A stretch of 64,000 nucleotides of DNA from Candidatus Fermentithermobacillaceae bacterium (GCA_012842495.1 DUSS01000045.1:70634-134633), one strand, 5' to 3'. Positions 8,689-17,105 are shown, counted from the stretch's first letter. A program made the numbers and translations. Notes: generated by a model not told the origin, from the sequence alone.

Positions 8689-9543
8689 ATGACATCCAAG
8701 GCAACGCGGGAAGAGATAGAGGCAAGAACACAAGAGCGCGGGCTGACTAAGCTCGGGCAACCTCCGGAAAGCACCATCCGGTATGTGGTGGCTGTCATGA
8801 GCGGGAAAGGGGGGGTGGGGAAATCATCGGTTTCGGCGCTTCTCGCTTCTGAAATCGCGAGAGCTGGGTACCAGGTCGGTATTCTTGACGCCGACATCAC
8901 CGGTCCGTCTATCCCGAGATTGTTTGGTCTCAGCGGAACTCCGCCGGTCGTTGGTTCGTACTTCTTGCCCGAGAAGAGCAAGCTGGGAGTTCGAGTGATG
9001 TCCGTAGGTTTCTTCCTGGAGCATCAAGACGACCCGGTGATATGGAGGGGACCCCTTATCGGTGGTGCAATTAAGCAATTCTGGACAGACGTGCTTTGGG
9101 GTGACCTCGACTACCTTGTGGTAGACCTTCCTCCAGGGACCGGTGACGCTCCCCTTACGGTGTTGCAGTTGCTTCCCGTGGACGCCGTGGTAATGGTGAC
9201 TACGCCTCAGACGCTTGCTCTCAACATCGTTAAGAAAGCTGTGACCATGGCCCAGCTTTTGCAGGTTTCTGTCCTAGGATTTATCGAGAATATGGCCTAC
9301 ATTACCTGCCCCGGGTGCGGAAAACGCATTGAGCCGTTTGGGGGCGAGAGGGTACAGGAGGCATCTTCCTACCTGGGGGTACCTCTGATTGGGTCTCTGC
9401 CCATGGATCCCCGAATCAGCACGCTCGGCGATGAGGGAAGGATCGAGGAGTACCGCGCGGAGTTCCTGCTCGAGGTTGCCCACATGCTGGAACGCAGGAA
9501 TGGAAATACGTCGAATGAGACGGTGAGGGGGCACGAGACATGA
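8689..9543 (+). CDS. Mrp/NBP35/ApbC-family P-loop Fe-S cluster carrier ATPase
   Basis: VAVMSGKGGVGKSSVS deviant Walker A, DLPPGTGD, and CPGCG near the C-terminus. AGGAGG SD. Confidence 0.9.
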   Translation: MTSKATREEIEARTQERGLTKLGQPPESTIRYVVAVMSGKGGVGKSSVSALLASEIARAGYQVGILDADITGPSIPRLFGLSGTPPVVGSYFLPEKSKLGVRVMSVGFFLEHQDDPVIWRGPLIGGAIKQFWTDVLWGDLDYLVVDLPPGTGDAPLTVLQLLPVDAVVMVTTPQTLALNIVKKAVTMAQLLQVSVLGFIENMAYITCPGCGKRIEPFGGERVQEASSYLGVPLIGSLPMDPRISTLGDEGRIEEYRAEFLLEVAHMLERRNGNTSNETVRGHET

Positions 9544-9902
9544 AAGTAGCCGTATGTTCCCAGGGAAACACGTTGGGTTCTCTCGTTCATGAAAGGCTCG
9601 GACGTTGCCCGTACTTCGTTGTGGTGGACACGGAAACGGGTGCGTTCGACGTGGTGCGTAACGCCGGGGTAGATTCTGCACATGGTGCCGGGGTGGGCGC
9701 GGTGCAGGTCTTATCATCTCAAGGTGTGGATGCGGTTTTGGCGGGTAACGTCGGTCCGAACGCTTTCGAAGCTCTGGCAAGGGCCGGAATCGAAGTCTAC
9801 GCGGTTGACTGCGAGACGGTGGGTGAGGCGATCGAGCGGTTCCGAGCGGGGTTATTGAAAAAGCTCGAGACCGCCAGTAGGCCTTCTCCTCGACGGTTAT
9901 GA
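9540..9902 (+). CDS. NifX/NifB-C-terminal-like (MTH1175/Orp-like) cofactor-binding domain protein 1
   Basis: MKVAV...HERLGRCPYFVVVD...GVDAVLAGNVGPNAFEALARAGIEVY. ATGA overlap with the Mrp stop. Confidence 0.8.
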   Translation: MKVAVCSQGNTLGSLVHERLGRCPYFVVVDTETGAFDVVRNAGVDSAHGAGVGAVQVLSSQGVDAVLAGNVGPNAFEALARAGIEVYAVDCETVGEAIERFRAGLLKKLETASRPSPRRL

Positions 9903-9997
9903 GCCGGAAGCCTCTCAAGGCGAGTTACGGTTCGATTGAGATGGGATCCAGCTCCGAAGAGTCCGGAGGTATGTTAGTCCTAAAATGGAGGTTTGCC

Positions 9998-10360
9998 ATG
10001 AAAATCGCAGTTGCATTGGACAATGGTCAGATTTCAGCTCATTTCGGAAGGTGCGCGGAGTACGCGCTGTACGATGTGGAGAACGGGAAGGTCATCCGGA
10101 AATCGGTGGTTAAGAATCCGGGTCATAGTCCCGGCTTTTTGCCCCAGTTCCTAGGAGACCAGGGCGTAAACTACGTGATTGCGGGTGGTATGGGGCCGCG
10201 GGCGCACGAGATTTTCGAGCGTCGCGGAATAACTGTGGTCACCGGCATTGTGGGAAATCCTGACGAAGCGGTAGAGCGTTTTTTGGCAGGGTCTCTCGGT
10301 CAAGGGCAGGAACTTTGTGACCACCAGCACAGCCGGTGTACTGAGGACCACGATAGGTAA
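9998..10360 (+). CDS. NifX/NifB-C-terminal-like (MTH1175/Orp-like) cofactor-binding domain protein 2
   Basis: MKIAVALDNGQISAHFGRCAEYALYD...GVNYVIAGGMGPRAHEIFERRGITVV. GGAGG lies 7 nt before ATG 9998. The track start 9899 (ATGA overlap) would add 33 non-family residues. Confidence 0.78.
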   Translation: MKIAVALDNGQISAHFGRCAEYALYDVENGKVIRKSVVKNPGHSPGFLPQFLGDQGVNYVIAGGMGPRAHEIFERRGITVVTGIVGNPDEAVERFLAGSLGQGQELCDHQHSRCTEDHDR

Positions 10361-10432
10361 CTCTGTGCGGACTTCTCCAGGGTTACCTGTGGTATGAAGG
10401 ACAATCCCATTGAGGAAGGGAGGTGAAGTGCG

Positions 10433-10858
10433 ATGCCTCGAGGTGATGGAACGGGTCCCCGGGGTCTTGGTCCCATGACCGGGCGAGGACTCGGTTACTG
10501 CGCGGGGTTCAGGACGCCCGGTTATCTCAACCCTGGTCCGGGATTTGGCCCCCGCTGGGGATGGCCAGGATGGGGCAGACGTCCAGGTTTGGGACGGTGG
10601 CGCACCTGGCGTGCGCTGTGGGGAGCTGCGCCGTTCGCTTGGCCGTACTGGCCTCCGAGGGGTGTATACCCCTTTTATTACGGGAGCAGTACGGACGAAG
10701 AGGTTCTCCGCCGGGAGGCGGAAATGCTGAAAGAAGAGATGGAGGCTCTCCAGGGGCGGCTGGCGGAAGTCGAATCCGCCTTGAAGACCCGCCGGGGCCG
10801 AGCAAGCGGGGAAGACGAGGAGGAAGAGGCCCCCGGTAGGGACAGCGAGGCGCGCTGA
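10433..10858 (+). CDS. DUF5320-type protein (Gly/Arg/Trp-rich N-terminus, C-terminal coiled coil)
   Basis: MPRGDGTGPRGLGPMTGRGLGYCAG is the characteristic DUF5320 opening. The C-terminus EEVLRREAEMLKEEMEALQGRLAEVESAL is heptad-like. GGGAGGTGA SD. Confidence 0.75.
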   Translation: MPRGDGTGPRGLGPMTGRGLGYCAGFRTPGYLNPGPGFGPRWGWPGWGRRPGLGRWRTWRALWGAAPFAWPYWPPRGVYPFYYGSSTDEEVLRREAEMLKEEMEALQGRLAEVESALKTRRGRASGEDEEEEAPGRDSEAR

Positions 10859-10866
10859 AATCGCAA

Positions 10867-10896
10867 GGGCGAGGAAAAGGGAGCTTTTCCTCGCCC
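10867..10896 (+). terminator. Strong hairpin (attenuator/terminator-like) splitting the cluster
   Basis: GGGCGAGGAAAAG-GGAG-CTTTTCCTCGCCC, a 13-bp perfect stem starting 9 nt after the DUF5320 stop. No U-tract follows. Confidence 0.45.
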
Positions 10897-11068
10897 CGGC
10901 CCTCTACCCGATTCTATACTCAGCGCAGGTTGCCGTCCAGCAGTCTCGTAGGTCCATCCGTAGATCCTGATGCCGGTCATTTTGCGAGCTATCCCGACCG
11001 GGTGGTAATCCCGACGAAAGCGCCGCCTGGGTAGTAGTTGTGCTTCGGATGGAAGCGGGGGGTTTGGT

Positions 11069-12025
11069 ATGGTCGTATCTGTGGCGAGCGGCAAAGGGGG
11101 AACGGGAAAGACCACCGTTGCGGTTAACCTGTTTTTGGCATGTGCGTCCCTGAAGTCCGAAGAATGTCCACATCTCGAGCAGGAAGGTCGGGAGCTCTTG
11201 AACGGCGAGATAACCTTTCTCGATTGTGACGTAGAGGAACCGAACGCTCACATCTTCTTGAAGCCGAAAATCGACGAACGTCTGATCGTTACGACAATGT
11301 TGCCTCGGGTTCTACCCGAAAAGTGCTCCCACTGCGGGACATGTGCTCAAGTATGCTCCTTCAACGCAGTATTGGCGACAAAGCGTACCACGCTGGTTCT
11401 TGAAAGACTTTGTCACGGTTGTGGAGCTTGCGTTCTTTTTTGTCCTCAGAAAGCAATGGTCGAGGATGGAAAGGAGATCGGCACTATCGAGACGGGAACG
11501 CTCGGGCCCGAGCTCGTCTTCGCTCATGGAATCCTCAAGACAGGTGAAATCTTAACGGCAAAGGTCATCGCCGAGCTAAAGCGAAGGGCGAAGCGAGAGG
11601 GGCTAACGATAATCGACGCCCCACCTGGAGCGTCGTGTCCGATGGTCGAGGCGGTAAAGGGTTCCGATTTTTGTATCCTCGTTACCGAACCAACGCCTTT
11701 CGGGCTCCATGACCTTGCCATTGCGGTCGAGGTAGTGGAGAAACTCGGAATCCCCGCAGGAGTGGTGGTAAACCGTTCCGACGCCGGGAACCGGGGGGTT
11801 TTCGAGTTCTGCCGTGAGCGCCAATTACCCATCCTGATTGAGATCCCGTTTGACCGGGAGCTGATGGAGGCTTATGCTGGCGGACATGCCGCTGTGCGGT
11901 GGTCCGAGCACTACCTTGGTTTGTTTAAGCTGCTTTTTGAACGACTGGTTAAGGCCTGGCGAGGCAAAGCGACCAGAGAAGAGATGAGATATGGGACGGT
12001 GGGTGTCGATGGCCCGAATCGATGA
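11069..12025 (+). CDS. MinD/CbiA-type P-loop ATPase with inserted 2x[4Fe-4S] ferredoxin domain (1)
   Basis: VASGKGGTGKTT, CSHCGTCAQVC and CHGCGACVLFC, second P-loop half IIDAPPGASCP. Confidence 0.85.
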   Translation: MVVSVASGKGGTGKTTVAVNLFLACASLKSEECPHLEQEGRELLNGEITFLDCDVEEPNAHIFLKPKIDERLIVTTMLPRVLPEKCSHCGTCAQVCSFNAVLATKRTTLVLERLCHGCGACVLFCPQKAMVEDGKEIGTIETGTLGPELVFAHGILKTGEILTAKVIAELKRRAKREGLTIIDAPPGASCPMVEAVKGSDFCILVTEPTPFGLHDLAIAVEVVEKLGIPAGVVVNRSDAGNRGVFEFCRERQLPILIEIPFDRELMEAYAGGHAAVRWSEHYLGLFKLLFERLVKAWRGKATREEMRYGTVGVDGPNR

Positions 12026-12905
12026 GATCAAAGAAGTGGTAGTGCTCAGCGGCAAAGGCGGGACGGGAAAGACGACTGTTGCGGGGGGAATGGCCTGGTT
12101 GTGCCCGGAAGCTGTGCTTTGCGACTGTGACGTGGATGCGGCAAACCTTGAACTGATTCTTGGCGCCGATATGATAGAAGAGCATGAATTCCGAGAGTCA
12201 AGAAAGGCCCGGATAAACCCCGAGCGCTGCGCCGGATGTGGTCTTTGCTCCAAGCACTGCAGGTTTGACGCTATCGCGGATTTTCGTGTAGACCCCTTTT
12301 CCTGCGAGGGATGCGGGGTATGTGCCCGCATCTGTACACTAGGGGCCATCGAGATGACGGTAAATCTTTCGGGTCATTGGTTCATTTCGAGAACGGATAA
12401 GGGGACGTTAGTTCACGCCAGGCTCGAACCGGGCGAGGAAAATTCGGGGAAACTGGTGTCGCTCGTCCGTCGCGAAGCCCGGCTTATCGCAGGCAGAGAG
12501 GGAAAGAAAGTCATCATAAGCGATGGGCCGCCCGGAATCGGTTGCCCGGCGATCTCCGCCCTTGTGGATGCAGACCTCGCCCTCATCGTAACCGAGCCAA
12601 CGCTGGCGGCCGTGCATGATCTGGAGCGAGTTCTGGATGTGTGCAAGCATTTTGCAGTAGCTGCGCGGGTCTGCATAAACCGGTATGACGTCCATCCGGC
12701 AAATTCCGATCTGATTGAAGATCGCTGCCATCGAGAAGGGATCCCGGTGGTGTCCCGGATTCCCTACGACGAGAAGGTGGTCGAAGCTGCGATAAAAGGA
12801 CAGCCGGTGACGGCGATGGATTGTCGGGCGGGGGACGCGATCCGGCAGCTACTCGACATAGTACGACGAGATTTGAGTGTTCAGTGTTTATCTCCCGAAC
12901 TTTGA
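11991..12905 (+). CDS. MinD/CbiA-type P-loop ATPase with inserted 2x[4Fe-4S] ferredoxin domain (2)
   Basis: LSGKGGTGKTT, CAGCGLCSKHC and CEGCGVCARIC, ISDGPPGIGCP. Alternative start ATG 12009. Either start overlaps the upstream stop at 12025. Confidence 0.85.
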   Translation: MGRWVSMARIDEIKEVVVLSGKGGTGKTTVAGGMAWLCPEAVLCDCDVDAANLELILGADMIEEHEFRESRKARINPERCAGCGLCSKHCRFDAIADFRVDPFSCEGCGVCARICTLGAIEMTVNLSGHWFISRTDKGTLVHARLEPGEENSGKLVSLVRREARLIAGREGKKVIISDGPPGIGCPAISALVDADLALIVTEPTLAAVHDLERVLDVCKHFAVAARVCINRYDVHPANSDLIEDRCHREGIPVVSRIPYDEKVVEAAIKGQPVTAMDCRAGDAIRQLLDIVRRDLSVQCLSPEL

Positions 12906-13409
12906 CTTGCGGTATGCGTCCAGGTTATCCGCAACCCTTCTGAATATTTCGACGAACTCTTCGATCTTCGCTTCGGGTATTCCGGACGAGGCGGCGACCA
13001 CGAGGTCTTCGTAGTGCTTCTGGATGAAAGCTTCTTCCTTGCGGGCCTTCTCGGTAAGCAAGATGGTATACGAGCGCTTGTCATCTTGGTTATGAACTCG
13101 TTTCACGTATCCTTTCTTCACGAGGGACATGATGGTACGAGATACCGCCGGCTTGCTAACATCGACTCCAGCGACGATGTCTTCCTGGCGGACGCCATCA
13201 CCATGGGTGTATAGGAACATGAGGATATTAGCTTCTGCGCTACCCAGCTGTTTTTCGCGGAGAGCGCTGTTGAGGTACATCTGACCTGATTGTAGTATTC
13301 TTCCTGCTAGGCTTACGACGAGCTGAAAGCGAGTCATCCGGTGACCATCTTCTTTCAAGGCAGTTCTGTCCCGCGTTGTAACCGTCCTCAGGTTCGGGTG
13401 CTTTGCCAT
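12888..13409 (-). CDS. MarR-family transcriptional regulator
   Basis: LGSAEANILMFLYTHGDGVRQEDIVAGVDVSKPAVSRTIMSLVKKGYVKR...DKRSYTILLTEKA is a winged HTH. GGAG SD before ATG 13409. Confidence 0.88.
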   Translation of the reverse strand: MAKHPNLRTVTTRDRTALKEDGHRMTRFQLVVSLAGRILQSGQMYLNSALREKQLGSAEANILMFLYTHGDGVRQEDIVAGVDVSKPAVSRTIMSLVKKGYVKRVHNQDDKRSYTILLTEKARKEEAFIQKHYEDLVVAASSGIPEAKIEEFVEIFRRVADNLDAYRKSKFGR

Positions 13410-13523
13410 GAAGGACTCCAGGCGCGAAAAGCCAGACCCGGTAACAGTCAGTTCAGTATGGTCTTTCGCGACTTCCTAGTAGAGTTTGAACGATATCCCT
13501 GAGGATTTCAACACCCGGTGCCC

Positions 13524-14510
13524 CTACCTTTCAAGTAGACCGGCTTCTTTGAACCACTCGACGGTCTCCCGGATGGTATCTCTTATCGGCCTTGGCGAAT
13601 AGCCTAGTTCCCGCCTGGCTTTTTCGCTCGAAACCAGGGAGTTGCTCATCAGGATATCCACCGATTCTCTGGTGAGGAGAGGCTTCTTCCCTGAGGCCCG
13701 GCTATAAAGCATGGCTAGGGAGGCCAGCGCGCCAGCGACTCCGGCGCCGAGGCGCAGGTGAGGTACCGGAACCGCTGTGGCTCGCGAAAGCTCTTCCATA
13801 ACCTGATCGACGGAGATCCACTCTCCCGAAAGGATATACTTTTCACCTGCTCGACCCCTTTCCGCGGCGAGGATGTGCCCCTGTGCGGCGTCACGGACAT
13901 CGACGAAATCGAATCCCCCCTCCAGACGGGCGGGGATTTTTCTTCGGGCGAAGTTGAGGATGAACTGGCCAGCTTCGGAGGGCCTGAAATCATAGGGCCC
14001 GATCACGCCGGTAGGAAAGACGACCACGGCGTCGAGACCTTTTGAGGTTGCTTCCAGGACCTCGAGGGTGGCCATGGCCTTGGACTTACCGTATTCAGTG
14101 CGTATTCTCGCCGGGTCACAGGGCGTTGATTCATCGATCACCGTTCCGTGGGGTGGCTCCACCAGGGCGTGGATCGAGCTCGTATAAACGAGGCGTCGCA
14201 CCCCGGCTTTGAGACAGGCCTCGGCGACATTGCGGGTACCTCTCACGTTGACTTCCTCTAGAAGATTCCAATGGCCTGGTGTGAGGCTTATCACGGATGC
14301 GAGGTGATATACGGTTTCCGCCCCATCGAAGGCCCGGCAAAGAAACGAGATGTCTCTTACGTCTCCCTCCACGACTTCGACATCGAGTCCTTTCAGCGAA
14401 ACAAGGCTCTCGCCTGGGAGGGCCATCGCGCGAATGCGGGCTCCTGCTTTTAGCAGGGCCCTAACCAGATTGTTCCCCAGGTGTCCCGGAGCTCCTGTAA
14501 CGACTACCAT
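13524..14510 (-). CDS. NAD(P)-dependent epimerase/dehydratase (extended SDR; HpnA/dihydroflavonol-reductase-like)
   Basis: VVVTGAPGHLGNNLV Rossmann, and YGKSK as the YxxxK catalytic motif. GGAGGTG SD. Confidence 0.82.
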   Translation of the reverse strand: MVVVTGAPGHLGNNLVRALLKAGARIRAMALPGESLVSLKGLDVEVVEGDVRDISFLCRAFDGAETVYHLASVISLTPGHWNLLEEVNVRGTRNVAEACLKAGVRRLVYTSSIHALVEPPHGTVIDESTPCDPARIRTEYGKSKAMATLEVLEATSKGLDAVVVFPTGVIGPYDFRPSEAGQFILNFARRKIPARLEGGFDFVDVRDAAQGHILAAERGRAGEKYILSGEWISVDQVMEELSRATAVPVPHLRLGAGVAGALASLAMLYSRASGKKPLLTRESVDILMSNSLVSSEKARRELGYSPRPIRDTIRETVEWFKEAGLLER

Positions 14511-14559
14511 GCTTAAGCACCTCCGCAGGCCTTAGGACGCCTCACACTCTCCTTGAGAG

Positions 14560-14612
14560 ATAGTTGATCTGTTAACCAAACTATATCCCTAAGTAGTTAA
14601 CGCGTCAACTAT
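14560..14612 (-). promoter_or_regulatory. Minus-strand promoter of the SDR-marR operon bracketed by an inverted 17-mer pair (predicted MarR operator)
   Basis: ATAGTTGATCTGTTAAC (14560-14576) versus GTTAACGCGTCAACTAT (14596-12) are reverse complements at 14 of 17 positions. The second contains the near-palindrome AGTTAACGCGTCAACT. On the minus strand TTGACG (14608-14603), 17 nt, TATAGT (14585-14580). Confidence 0.55.
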
Positions 14613-14689
14613 TTTGGTGTTCGCCGGAATCGTGAGGTCAAGGCAGGCGATGGACCAGAGTGTCGCATGACCTGAACGAGTACAAACCG

Positions 14690-14719
14690 TTGACGACTTG
14701 TCCCAGGCGGTCATATACT
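14690..14719 (+). promoter_or_regulatory. SigmaA-type promoter for the wHTH/radical-SAM pair
   Basis: TTGACG (14690-14695), 18-nt spacer, TATACT (14714-14719). It lies inside the track ORF, which argues for a later start codon. Confidence 0.45.
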
Positions 14720-14757
14720 CGTGCCGTGAGTATATTTTGGTTTGTTGGGAGTGGATC

Positions 14758-15444
14758 TTGTTGCGCTTAAGTCCCCGACGGTACGCGTTTCTCGAGACCC
14801 TTTTCCGTCTGGCCCGTTCCGGTGGCGGCCCTGTTCATTACGCTGACCTGGCCAAGGAAATGGGCGTTTCGAGGTGGACCGCTTACGATATGATGAGAGA
14901 ACTTGCCAAGGACGGCTTGGTCGCTGCGGTGTATGCGCGGTCTGACCCCGGGTATCCCGGGAGGTCCCATGTCCTATTTGTAACGACGGAAAAAGGGGCC
15001 CGCTTAATCGAGTCCCGAATGGAAGCCTCGAGTACCGCGACGGAATGGTCCAAACTTAAACACAATATGCTATCGAAGTTCGGTGTCGCCCTGGAACAAA
15101 AGAAAGGGTTTGAGTTTTTCAGAAAGGAACTGGCCTCGAATTCACCTGCGCTGTTCTGCGCCGCAGTCGTTACCGCGTTGATCGTTGAAGCAAGGCGAGC
15201 AGGGCTTGATCTGGTGCTTGCCGGGCGCTTGTTGAGCACGGGAGCCGACCTGGAATCGGCCCCTTTGCTTTTTGTAGGGTTCGTAGCAGGAAGTCTTCTG
15301 GTGAGAGGCCTCACGCGAAAACTGCCCGCTATCGGGTCTCTGCTGGAAAGGTTTGCTGAGGAGGTCCGGTCTTTCGGCGGGGAAGAAAGGCAGGCACTTG
15401 CGGGTTTCACGCGGGAAGTCCTAGGGAAAGCTACTTTGTCATAG
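14758..15444 (+). CDS. Winged-helix DNA-binding protein with uncharacterised helical C-terminal domain
   Basis: FLETLFRLARSGGGPVHYADLAKEMGVSRWTAYDMMRELAKDGLV is wHTH-like. TTG 14758 follows GGGAGTGG by 6 nt. The track start 14698 overlaps the predicted promoter. Confidence 0.6.
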   Translation: MLRLSPRRYAFLETLFRLARSGGGPVHYADLAKEMGVSRWTAYDMMRELAKDGLVAAVYARSDPGYPGRSHVLFVTTEKGARLIESRMEASSTATEWSKLKHNMLSKFGVALEQKKGFEFFRKELASNSPALFCAAVVTALIVEARRAGLDLVLAGRLLSTGADLESAPLLFVGFVAGSLLVRGLTRKLPAIGSLLERFAEEVRSFGGEERQALAGFTREVLGKATLS

Positions 15445-15554
15445 CTATCTCAGGAGGTGGTCGACCGCTTTACAGCCTTTTTTTCGGCGGTTTTTTGGTC
15501 TTTTTGGTCAAATGGCCTGTTAATCTGGATGATCCTTCCACGGAGGTGTTTGAG

Positions 15555-16943
15555 ATGGCTTTCGAATGGGCCAAGACCGCTATAGGTGAAGCTGCTCTCC
15601 GGCAGGGTCTACGTTACCTGGCCGGAGATCCTGAGAAAAACCTGTTAAACCTGGCCAGGTGGGCCGAAGCGATCGCCAGGGATGACAAGCACAAAGAGTA
15701 CGCTAGGAACGCCCTTCGCGTTTTCTCGGAACCGGACAATCCCTGGCGCAAGTTGGCGCTGCGGGTATTCCGGCAGGTTTCGCCGGCGGTGCGGGAGAAG
15801 CTCGGGGTGAACTTCTTTGTCCACGCCGGGATGCTGGGAATTCCCAAACAGAGGGAAATGGGGAAGAAGTACGGCATCCACGTTCCCTGGGCGATGCTGA
15901 TAGACCCGACAGGTCGGTGCAACCTTCGCTGCAGGGGGTGTTGGGCCGCGGAATACGACAGAAGTCTCGATATGGACTACGCCACCCTGGACCGCGTCAT
16001 CCGTGAGGCAGAAGACCTGGGTATTCACTTTATAGTAGTGTCGGGCGGCGAACCCACCGTAAGGATGGATGATCTCGTATCCCTGGCGGAAAAGCACGAT
16101 GAGTCCGTTTTTCACGTGTTCACTAACGGTACCCTCATCGACGAAGCTGCCGCCAGGAAATTCGGGGAACTGGGCAACGTAACGTTCGCCATAAGCGTCG
16201 ACGGGTTTGAGGAGGCCACCGATGCCCGACGAGGGAAAGGGGTTTTCTCCCGAGTGATGCGGGCGATGGATAACCTCAAAAACGCAGGGGTCGTGTTCGG
16301 GTTCTCCGCGACATACACCAGGGACAACACCGAACAAGTGGGCAGCGATGCATTTATTGACTTCATGATCGACAAAGGCTGCGTACTCGGGTGGTATTTT
16401 ACTTACGTGCCCGTCGGTGGCGGCCCCGACCTCGAGTACATGGCCACGGTCGACCAGAGAATGTTCATGTATAACCAGGTGCGCAGGTGGCGACAGGAAA
16501 AGCCGATTTTCGTGATAGATTTCTGGAACGACGGGGAACTTGCCGGTGGATGCATCGCTGGGGGAAGAAACTACTTCCATATCAACGCCATGGGGGACGT
16601 GGAACCCTGCGCCTTCGTACACTACGCTAACGTGAATATCAAGAATACAAGTCTCGTGGAAGCTCTCGGGTGTCCGCTGTTCCGTTCCTACCAAGACCAT
16701 CAGCCGTTTAATCACAATCTGATGAGACCGTGTCCCATCATTGATAACCCGTGGGCACTGGAAGAGATCGTGACCTCAACCGGTGCTTACTCCACTCAAA
16801 ACAACCGGATTTCCGCGGCGGACCTTTGCAGGCCGCTTCACTCTTACGCGCGTGCGTGGGGCGAGAAGACGGACCCCATCTGGTTCGAGAGGCATCCGGC
16901 GGAAGCTGCGGCGACGCGGTCTGGCGGCGATGGGGAGAAATAA
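15555..16943 (+). CDS. Radical SAM enzyme (about 110-aa helical N-domain, CX3CX2C core, Cys-containing C-terminal auxiliary region)
   Basis: GRCNLRCRGCWAAEY (CX3CX2C), VVSGGEPTV, C-terminal GGCIAGG...GDVEPCAF...RPCPIIDNP. GGAGGTG lies 7 nt before ATG 15555. Confidence 0.85.
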   Translation: MAFEWAKTAIGEAALRQGLRYLAGDPEKNLLNLARWAEAIARDDKHKEYARNALRVFSEPDNPWRKLALRVFRQVSPAVREKLGVNFFVHAGMLGIPKQREMGKKYGIHVPWAMLIDPTGRCNLRCRGCWAAEYDRSLDMDYATLDRVIREAEDLGIHFIVVSGGEPTVRMDDLVSLAEKHDESVFHVFTNGTLIDEAAARKFGELGNVTFAISVDGFEEATDARRGKGVFSRVMRAMDNLKNAGVVFGFSATYTRDNTEQVGSDAFIDFMIDKGCVLGWYFTYVPVGGGPDLEYMATVDQRMFMYNQVRRWRQEKPIFVIDFWNDGELAGGCIAGGRNYFHINAMGDVEPCAFVHYANVNIKNTSLVEALGCPLFRSYQDHQPFNHNLMRPCPIIDNPWALEEIVTSTGAYSTQNNRISAADLCRPLHSYARAWGEKTDPIWFERHPAEAAATRSGGDGEK

Positions 16944-17105
16944 AGCTCGATTAAGGGTGACTTAGGTCGGGACGAGGCTCGGACCGGGGGCCGTGGTTGG
17001 GTATACGGAACAGACGGCGGTGGGATTCGCCCGCCGACGGAGGCGCGGAATGCGGCAGGTTACAGATTGGCTGCGCGCGGATGGCTTCCGGTGCAGCGAT
17101 GGGTC

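Noticed and set aside
10678-11251. Minus-strand ORFs 10678-11115 and 10904-11251 spanning the DUF5320/MinD spacer
   Set aside because: No SD, low-complexity translations, and overlap with well-supported plus-strand genes. The spacer is better explained as hairpin plus promoter region.
15445-15554. Possible precursor-peptide ORF or terminator in the T-rich spacer before the radical SAM gene
   Set aside because: The only ORF (GTG directly abutting AGGAG, 47 codons, Phe/Trp-rich) has no spacing for initiation and simply translates T-runs. No stable stem precedes the T-runs.
15645-16715. 356-aa minus-strand ORF antisense to the radical SAM gene
   Set aside because: No SD and no recognisable motifs, with Pro/Gly/His/Val-rich composition typical of antisense frames in GC-rich coding DNA. 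The plus-strand frame carries the CX3CX2C and GGE motifs.
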